Origin: a bacterium
Lineage (GTDB): Bacteria > RBG-13-61-14 > DATKZS01
NCBI GenBank assembly: GCA_963674965.2
Contig: CAXXFL010000006.1
Location: 896,001-960,000, forward strand
Length of the DNA: 64,000 bases
Reading direction: 5' to 3'
In this document: one piece after another, positions 57,767-64,000 of the stretch
Layout of the letters: the number at the start of each line of letters is the position of its first letter
How positions within the stretch are numbered: position 1 is the first letter of the stretch
Program-made: the position numbers and the translations under genes
Notes under the pieces: generated by a model
What the model was told of the DNA's origin: nothing
The model's database searches: none
The model's input: the letters and a program-made list of their open reading frames with translations, nothing else

Positions 57767-57794
57767 TTTAATGGGGGCTTACGCCCCCATTAAA
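57767..57794 (-). promoter_or_regulatory. DGR target-recognition hairpin/cruciform downstream of VR
   Basis: Perfect 12-bp stem TTTAATGGGGGC/GCCCCCATTAAA with 4-nt loop (GTAA on minus strand), 30 nt after the target stop. Confidence 0.8.
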
Positions 57795-57824
57795 GTGTAA
57801 GAGTTAAAAAGGACAAAAGAGTAA

Positions 57825-57950
57825 TCAGTCCCCAGCACAACGGAAGCCTATGAAGACGCTCTGGGCAGTAGGCGAAAGGTTGTACCGGTTCGCCACGCGC
57901 AGGGTGCCCGAAGTGATGTGCCAACCCCCGCCGCGCAAAACGCGATACGT
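57825..57950 (-). repeat. DGR variable repeat (VR)
   Basis: 24 differences from TR, 23 at TR adenines; 14 amino-acid changes. Confidence 0.96.
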
Positions 57951-59138
57951 ACCTGACGCGGGACCGGGAGGATCGTTGGTGGGACTTGTACTGTAGTAAT
58001 CGCTCTGATACCAGTCGTTGACCCATTCATAAACATTACCCCCCACATCATAAAGACCGTAACCATTAGCAGGATAGCTTTCAACCTCGCTGGTATCTCC
58101 AATACACCAATCGTAATTTGCGTCAACACATGCTGTAGCTGTATCTCCCCAGGGATAGCGTTTGCCGGACAGGCCGCCACGGGCAGCGTACTCCCACTCG
58201 GCCTCGGTGGGCAGTCTCTTGCCCGCCCAGGCGCAATAGGCCGTGGCCTGATTCCAGTCAACCCAGATAACAGGAAAATTGTCATAGGTCGGATTACCGT
58301 AATAAGAGCCGCGAGAATAACTTGAAGAATAGCCGGGCGCCGTGCATCCCCCTCCGCTCACGCAAGCCGCGTACTCCGAGTTGGTCACCTCATGAACGTC
58401 CATGTAGAAGTCCGAGGTGATGCAAACGTTATGCACCGGAAGTTCATCGCTGCTTCCCTCGCTGAACGCGTCGCCCATGTTGAAACAGCCGGAGGGGATA
58501 AGGGCCATTGGGCCGACAGTGCTTCCTCCCTGGCAGTCAGGGTCATCACCGTCGATCTTGCCGTCGCAGTCATTATCGAAACCGTCGTCACAGACTTCGG
58601 CCGCGCCGGGGTTTATGGAGGCGTCGACATCGTTGCAATCCGTGGTGGCCGTGGCCCCGTCAACGACCTTTGAGTAACCGTCCCCGTCGTAATCGCTCTT
58701 ATTGTAAAAGGCCGTAAGCCAGCCTCCTTCTACCTTCAAGGCATAAGGCACGCTGGCGATCCTGGACCGGGGCGACATCTCGCCATCGCTTTCAACCTCG
58801 ACTCCCATCCACACGTCCTGGTGGTTCTGGAAGACAGCGGAGAGGCTTGGCTCGGTACCCGGCGTTACCGTGCCCGAGCCGATGAGAACATTATAAAGCC
58901 CGCCGGTGACCGCCACGTCCTCCTGGAGAACGGTCAGATAAGCGGTCCCGCCCGTTTCAACACCATAAAACGCGAACGTCAGATCAACGGTAGACCCGTC
59001 CGCAAGAGGCTGGCCTGCAGAGTTCGTGAGCCGCCCCTGGTAATTGATAAGCTGCGGAGCGGACTGCGCCCAGGCAATGCCCACCACCACGGCCATAACA
59101 AAAACACCAACCAACGCCATTCCAATCTTAGCCCTCAT
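57825..59138 (-). CDS. DGR target: signal peptide + beta domain + MopE-like Cys/Asp motif + FGE-sulfatase (CLec) domain
   Basis: MRAKIGMALVGVFVMAVVVGIAWA-QS; INYQGRL; DCND..INPGAAEVCDDGFDNDCDG; F.MG..E.PVH, EVTN..Y, RLPTEAEWEYAARGG, GNVYEW, RGG.W..GFRC. Confidence 0.93.
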   Translation of the reverse strand: MRAKIGMALVGVFVMAVVVGIAWAQSAPQLINYQGRLTNSAGQPLADGSTVDLTFAFYGVETGGTAYLTVLQEDVAVTGGLYNVLIGSGTVTPGTEPSLSAVFQNHQDVWMGVEVESDGEMSPRSRIASVPYALKVEGGWLTAFYNKSDYDGDGYSKVVDGATATTDCNDVDASINPGAAEVCDDGFDNDCDGKIDGDDPDCQGGSTVGPMALIPSGCFNMGDAFSEGSSDELPVHNVCITSDFYMDVHEVTNSEYAACVSGGGCTAPGYSSSYSRGSYYGNPTYDNFPVIWVDWNQATAYCAWAGKRLPTEAEWEYAARGGLSGKRYPWGDTATACVDANYDWCIGDTSEVESYPANGYGLYDVGGNVYEWVNDWYQSDYYSTSPTNDPPGPASGTYRVLRGGGWHITSGTLRVANRYNLSPTAQSVFIGFRCAGD

Positions 59139-59203
59139 GACTTAATCCCCCTTCTTCGAGATTTATAGACAATTATCCATATGTTACCATGCTGTAAATT
59201 ACA

Positions 59204-59231
59204 ATACTATCCCCCCCCCCCCGATTGTCAA
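59204..59231 (-). promoter_or_regulatory. Sigma70-type promoter with G12 tract in the spacer
   Basis: TTGACA (59231-59226)-ATC-G12-A-TAGTAT (59209-59204), 16-bp spacer, 65 bp upstream of the target ATG. Confidence 0.7.
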
Positions 59232-59241
59232 CCTCCGATTA

Positions 59242-59571
59242 TTAAAATAGTGATCGCAGCTTAGCGGCGGCAAAAGCTTCCGCGGATGCTAATTCTTCGA
59301 TCTCGACAATTGGCCCTCGCATGCCTTTATAGGGTGATAGGGTTTTCTGGTGGTACGCCAGGAAATCCTCGGGAAGCGATTTGACTCCAGCTTCCACAAG
59401 CCGGTTGATGACCCAGTCGGCCTCCTCCTGAGCTTCTTGGTTGCCGGGGAAGTACTTGATGACCAGGTCGAGTCCGGGGCCGGGCCCCTGGACCCAGACG
59501 CCGATTGGCTCGTAATGGGGATCGCGAATGCGGTCGCGGAGCGCGTACTCGATCATGTAGCGGAGCTTCAT
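59242..59571 (-). CDS. Hypothetical protein downstream of MuF (candidate immunity)
   Basis: 109 aa; ATGA overlap with 59568-60038. Confidence 0.6.
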   Translation of the reverse strand: MKLRYMIEYALRDRIRDPHYEPIGVWVQGPGPGLDLVIKYFPGNQEAQEEADWVINRLVEAGVKSLPEDFLAYHQKTLSPYKGMRGPIVEIEELASAEAFAAAKLRSLF

Positions 59572-60038
59572 TCCCACTCCTCCGCGATCCGGATGTGTTC
59601 TTCAAGGATGCTCTGATCGGCGGTCTCAAACCTCTCCTTGTTCTCGGCCTTGTACTTTTGCCAGGCCTTCCAGTCTTCGACCATCCCCGGCTCCGAAACC
59701 TCCATGATCAATTCCACGTGGAAGCGCCGGTCCATGTCATCGAACAAATCAATCAGGTAGGTGTCGTCCTGATCCCAGCGCCGGACCTTGATGGTGTGCG
59801 AATACTGGAACCCTTGGTCGTAGCCAGCCATCTTGAAAAGGAGCCAGAAGTCCACGTGGGTCATTTCGCCCGAGGCGTTGAAAATCGGGGCCACGCGGGT
59901 GACCGTGTAGCTGTCAACCAGGCCCAGGCGGATCGACTCACTGCCGCGCTCCCGCATCTCGATCCACGATCCTTGCTGGTTGAACTCCGCGAACAGGGCC
60001 TGCAGTCGCTCTTTTTCCTTTTCGATAAACTCCTTCAT
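59568..60038 (-). CDS. Acidic hypothetical protein immediately downstream of MuF (candidate immunity)
   Basis: 156 aa from MKEFIEKEK, 2 bp after the MuF stop, GAGGTG RBS. Confidence 0.65.
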   Translation of the reverse strand: MKEFIEKEKERLQALFAEFNQQGSWIEMRERGSESIRLGLVDSYTVTRVAPIFNASGEMTHVDFWLLFKMAGYDQGFQYSHTIKVRRWDQDDTYLIDLFDDMDRRFHVELIMEVSEPGMVEDWKAWQKYKAENKERFETADQSILEEHIRIAEEWE

Positions 60039-60040
60039 GC

Positions 60041-63000
60041 TCACCTCGCAATCACAATATCCTCGACCTTGCGGCCGTCGGGAAGTTTCACGATACCCTT
60101 CTTGCGGAATGAATCCAGTATCTTTTTCCGCTCGTTCTGGCTCCCGACCACGATGACCTCGATGTTGTCCAAGAGCGTCACCGAATACTTGAATATGGTC
60201 TCGTTGCCGCTCTTCTTCGCGAACCTTTTCCACTCCTCGGGAGTGCTGCCGCGATGCCGCGTCACGTAGTCGTCCACCACTTTGCCGTAAGCGTCATGGT
60301 CGTAACTTATCGCGTCCATCCGGCGCAGGAGCCGCTTCTTGAAGTACAGCCCGGTTTCGCCCGGCCCTCTTTCCGGCACCTTCTTTATCCGCGTGAAAAA
60401 GTAGCTTGCTCCGCCGGTTCTCATGTCCTCTTCGGGCGACATTCCTCCCACCGGGACCCCGGCCCGCAGTTTCTCGACGGTGCTTACCGCCGCGCCGTTC
60501 TGCTCGATCACCTTGTCGAGGAATGAGGACACGCTCTCTCCATTGGTGAGGTGGTGATGGAGCGCATAGCCTTTCATCTGCTTCTCCAGGTCCTCGTCCG
60601 AGATATCGAACCGGTATTGATGCCTGTAACCGGCGCTTTTGCCGGGCTGCTTGAACGCCAACTGGTGCTCGCCGATGGGATCATAACCCGGCATGCGAGT
60701 CAGGTCTTTCACGCCCAGGCGTTTTTCCCAGAACGACCGCATCTCCCGGACACGGACTTCCTTGCTCGCGGACCGCCGATCAAGGTCGGCGACTATCTTC
60801 TTGTATGCCGCGTCCTTGTCTACCTTGGACAGATAAGCCTGCTTGTGAAGGTAGAGCAGTTCGGCGTCCTCGGCGGTAGCCGGGGTGGAGTTGAGTCCAA
60901 GGCTCTCCATGTGCTCCATCGCCCGCTCCATGCTCTTCGCGTCCGGGCGATCCGGCAGAACTATCTCGAACTCGCCCCGCTGGGCATAGAGGTTCTTCTC
61001 CGACCAGGGGCGGTACACGGCCTTTATGCCGTCGCCGAAGTCAACTTCGTACTGCTCGCCAGCCTTCATGCTGTGGCCCTTGAACATGGCGGAATTGTCC
61101 GAGTTCTCGTTCACCACCACCAGGTCGCCCTTCTTCAGTTCGCGTTTCTCGTGCAGGACCTTCGAGCGAGTAACCTTGAAACCCGCGTCCTTGGCCTTAG
61201 CCGGGCGAGGCGATTCGTGCTTCTTGGTATAGGCACCGAACATTTCATTTATCGGCTTCTTGGCCCGCTCGGCATCCTCGATCTTGGAGAGCCAGGCCAG
61301 GTACTCGTTGGCCATGCCCCGAACGTCTGGGTCGCTCGACTGGGCCAGCTTCTGGAGCGCCTTTTCGTAGCCCTTGGCCTTGTTCAGCTTGTCCTGGTTG
61401 TACTTCTTGTCGTCTTTGTGGTGGTTGATGGTCTTGGCGGCGGCCAGGATGTCATCGGCGAACCGGTCCTCGGGCAAGGTGTCGCCGACCTTGGTCGAGG
61501 CGGGATCAATCCCGGCCTTCTTGAGCGCCTCCAGGATTTTCGCGTCGGCCTCGGGCCGGACCTTCATTTTGACCACGGTCCGCTCCTTGCCCTTGGCTTT
61601 TTCAACGAAAATGAGAGCGTTCTGGTCCTCGATGTCATCTTCGTCAATGGGAAGCGCTTTTCCCTGCCAACCAAGGCGCCTTACTTCCTCGATTAATTTT
61701 TCATCCTCCGGACCGAGGCGTCCCTTTTTGGCGATAGGTTCAGCCGCGTCCTCGAAACGGAACCCCTTTTTGCCAAGGACGTCTGAGTAGAAAGATTCGA
61801 AGTCGCGACGAAGGTTGCGCTTTCGATCCAGGGCCGTCTCGTAAAAAGCCTTCTTTTTCGCTTCGTCCTTCCCGAACCGGCCCTCGACGTATGGGCGCAG
61901 CATATCCAGATAGTCGTCATCCGATATTTTTTCGACTTCGCGGATGTACTTCAGCGTGACGGAGGGGTCGGGTTTAACCTTGCCTTGCTTGGCCGCCCTG
62001 AAGACCGCGTTGTAAAAAGGCTCCTGCTCGCCGAACTTCTGGTTCGGGTGATAGTCGATGGAAAGCTTGTCCTCGCCCAGGTGCTTGAGCAACTGCCCTT
62101 TGTCGATGCCGTAAATCTTGCCGCTCCTGGAGCGGAGGAACTGCTTGGAGTGGCCGTCGTGATTAGAGATGAGCCAGTCGATCACGTGCTCGCGCTGGAT
62201 CTGTTCAAGCTCAAGGGTGGTGAGGTCGGTGGGGTCCATGCCCGAGAAGTCGATCTTGGACTGAAGGTCGGTGCGCCATTTCTGGATCGAGCCGAGCTTT
62301 CCCTTGAGTCGAATGGTACGGACTTCGATGGCGTCAGGATCGATCATCCGGGCGATTTTGTAAGCGGCCTCCTCGCCGTAAGCGATGAACTCGTCGCCTG
62401 ACTTCTCGACCGGTTTGAACATCCACTTGTCGCCGTTCTCGTCGGTCCAGAATTCCTTGCTGTGAGCGCCTCCCACCTGGGCTTTCCCGGCGGGCTTGAA
62501 CTTGCCCGCTTTCCTTTTTGCCTCCCAGGCCTTGTCCGCATCCTCGAATTCCGATCCCTTCTTGGTGAAGGTCGGCTTTGCCACTGGTTCAGGCTCGGGC
62601 GGAGGCGGGGCTTTTACCTCGGGTTTCGGTTTCGATGCTTTCTTCTTGCCGCCGTGTTTCTCGGCCCAGGCGGCATGCTTTTCCTCGATGGCTGCCTTGG
62701 CCGCTTCGACCTTCTTTGGATCGGTCTCGCTGAACAGGGTGACCAGTTCATCCTTGTTCGCCCACTGCCAGTGCTTGAGCTTGGTGTCCTTGGCCAGGGT
62801 CTTGAGGTCGCCCACCTTCATGCCCGCCAGTTGCTCCTGAAACACCTTCTTCTTGAGCGCCAGTTCCTTGGCATGTGATTCAAGCATCTCCTGCGGCAAA
62901 ACACCGCCTTCTTCGAGCGCGGTTTCTGCATCCTTAACCGCCGCCAGGAAGTCTTCGTATTGGGTGGGCGACTTGGGCAGCACAACCTTGGCAGATGACT

Positions 63001-64000
63001 CTTCCACGCTCTCCTTGGCTTTTTTGATCTTCTCCTTGGCGGCGGTCTCGACCGCCTCCTTCTTTGCTTTCTCGGCAAGTTCCTGGCCGGCGGATTTCTC
63101 GATGGCCTTGGCGAGTTGCTCCTTGTTCTTGAGCGGCCCGATGTGATGCTTTTTCTTGGCCGCCATGAGGTCTTTTCCCTGAAGGCCCGAGTGGTCGATG
63201 CCAGGCTCCAGTTCATCCAGGAGATCGATCACGTCCTGCTTGGTCATATTGAGGGAGATGCCCTTTTCCTTCGCCATCTCCTTTAGCTCCGCCGCCGATA
63301 AACCCTGCAGTCCCTTTGGATCGGGAATCTTCTTCAACTGTTCGGCAACCTGCTGGGCCTGCTTGAGCGCAGATTGTTTCTCGGCCAGGAGCTTGACCAG
63401 TTCTTCCTTGGTTCTTAGAAGCCCTATCTTGTGCTGCTTCAGCTTTGCTTTGAGCGCCTGGCCTGACAGGTCCGAGTGGTCGATGCCGGGTTCTGCCTGA
63501 TCCAGTAGCTTGATAAAGTCGGATTTGGTGCGGGCTATGGAAACGCCGTTCTGTTTGCTAAGGGCCTGCAACTGCTTTGAGGTAAGGGCTTCCAGATCGC
63601 CGATCCCTCCCTTTTCGAATGCGGCCTTCAGCTTGGCGTCCTCGGTTGCTTTGGCCTTGGCTTGTCCCTCGATGGCTTGTGGCGGGAGGATGCAGGCGGA
63701 AGGTTCATCGGCCGCCACCGCGCCCAACTCTCCACCGCAGATTTTTAAAGGCCAGGCCGGGAGGTTGCTGCAGCGACAATTGGGGTGAGCGGGTTGCTGT
63801 GGGAAGCGGTCGATGTCATAAGTCTTGCCGTCGAGTGGACCGCACACAGGACATACCCGCTCGTCCTCCATGGTCATCCATTCGAGCTTTCGAACGCCAA
63901 CGTGCTTATGGAACTTGATCCTCCCCTGGTTGTGAGCTCGCAGTACTTCGGTCCGGGCTATGACCTCCATCCGGTATTGGGCCTTGCTGAACACCTTCGA
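60041..64000 (-). CDS. MuF/SPP1 gp7-like minor head protein with long C-terminal extension (5' end outside window)
   Basis: IARTE..W....DERVCPVC..HPNCRC; five helix-extension-helix-like repeats; kinase-like WMFKP..E..DWLISNHDGH..IDKG; C-terminal LHHHL..VST..YFFTR..NETIF. Confidence 0.85.
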   Translation of the reverse strand, partial: SKVFSKAQYRMEVIARTEVLRAHNQGRIKFHKHVGVRKLEWMTMEDERVCPVCGPLDGKTYDIDRFPQQPAHPNCRCSNLPAWPLKICGGELGAVAADEPSACILPPQAIEGQAKAKATEDAKLKAAFEKGGIGDLEALTSKQLQALSKQNGVSIARTKSDFIKLLDQAEPGIDHSDLSGQALKAKLKQHKIGLLRTKEELVKLLAEKQSALKQAQQVAEQLKKIPDPKGLQGLSAAELKEMAKEKGISLNMTKQDVIDLLDELEPGIDHSGLQGKDLMAAKKKHHIGPLKNKEQLAKAIEKSAGQELAEKAKKEAVETAAKEKIKKAKESVEESSAKVVLPKSPTQYEDFLAAVKDAETALEEGGVLPQEMLESHAKELALKKKVFQEQLAGMKVGDLKTLAKDTKLKHWQWANKDELVTLFSETDPKKVEAAKAAIEEKHAAWAEKHGGKKKASKPKPEVKAPPPPEPEPVAKPTFTKKGSEFEDADKAWEAKRKAGKFKPAGKAQVGGAHSKEFWTDENGDKWMFKPVEKSGDEFIAYGEEAAYKIARMIDPDAIEVRTIRLKGKLGSIQKWRTDLQSKIDFSGMDPTDLTTLELEQIQREHVIDWLISNHDGHSKQFLRSRSGKIYGIDKGQLLKHLGEDKLSIDYHPNQKFGEQEPFYNAVFRAAKQGKVKPDPSVTLKYIREVEKISDDDYLDMLRPYVEGRFGKDEAKKKAFYETALDRKRNLRRDFESFYSDVLGKKGFRFEDAAEPIAKKGRLGPEDEKLIEEVRRLGWQGKALPIDEDDIEDQNALIFVEKAKGKERTVVKMKVRPEADAKILEALKKAGIDPASTKVGDTLPEDRFADDILAAAKTINHHKDDKKYNQDKLNKAKGYEKALQKLAQSSDPDVRGMANEYLAWLSKIEDAERAKKPINEMFGAYTKKHESPRPAKAKDAGFKVTRSKVLHEKRELKKGDLVVVNENSDNSAMFKGHSMKAGEQYEVDFGDGIKAVYRPWSEKNLYAQRGEFEIVLPDRPDAKSMERAMEHMESLGLNSTPATAEDAELLYLHKQAYLSKVDKDAAYKKIVADLDRRSASKEVRVREMRSFWEKRLGVKDLTRMPGYDPIGEHQLAFKQPGKSAGYRHQYRFDISDEDLEKQMKGYALHHHLTNGESVSSFLDKVIEQNGAAVSTVEKLRAGVPVGGMSPEEDMRTGGASYFFTRIKKVPERGPGETGLYFKKRLLRRMDAISYDHDAYGKVVDDYVTRHRGSTPEEWKRFAKKSGNETIFKYSVTLLDNIEVIVVGSQNERKKILDSFRKKGIVKLPDGRKVEDIVIAR

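Larger units (their letters stand above)
56033..59231 (-). mobile_element. Diversity-generating retroelement cassette: promoter-target(VR)-avd-RT-TR
   Basis: All core components and cis hairpins are present and co-oriented. Confidence 0.95.
24670..64000 (-). mobile_element. Prophage late region (contractile tail); likely also includes cargo to the left and continues beyond the right edge
   Basis: Co-oriented MuF, protease, capsid, neck, sheath, tube, tape measure, baseplate, lysis and fibre genes. No integrase, terminase, portal or att site identified in the window. Confidence 0.92.

Overview
The window has three parts, almost all on the minus strand. (1) 1-5706: the 5' end of an RHS/YD-like secreted protein gene, then three nested insertion sequences. 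An IS4-family element (1155-5697, 9-bp target duplication, internally deleted transposase) carries an ISL3 (4326-5668, 8-bp duplication) and an IS110/IS1111-type element (1161-3550) inserted into the IS4 terminal inverted repeat. The IS110 3' non-coding region encodes a readable bridge/seek RNA whose guides match the reconstructed target and donor, and its last 274 bp occur as four exact tandem copies. (2) 5890-24429: accessory/defence cargo, including an ADP-ribosylglycohydrolase, a SIR2-like/STAND NTPase paired with a HEPN-like/CCA-tail protein, a tightly packed PLD-helicase/N6-methyltransferase/HExxH/DprA-SLOG/cyclase-like operon, an Xis-like HTH gene and an amidoligase-GATase-GGCT module. 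(3) 24670-64000: late genes of a contractile-tailed prophage that continues past the right edge. Its head region holds a 1291-aa double adenine methyltransferase-prohead protease-scaffold fusion, a complete diversity-generating retroelement (TR 56199-56324, VR 57825-57950; 23 of 24 differences at TR adenines) whose target has a signal peptide and a poly-G promoter spacer, and a MuF protein extended with kinase-like and ART-like domains. All protein calls come from motifs read by eye; no database searches were run.
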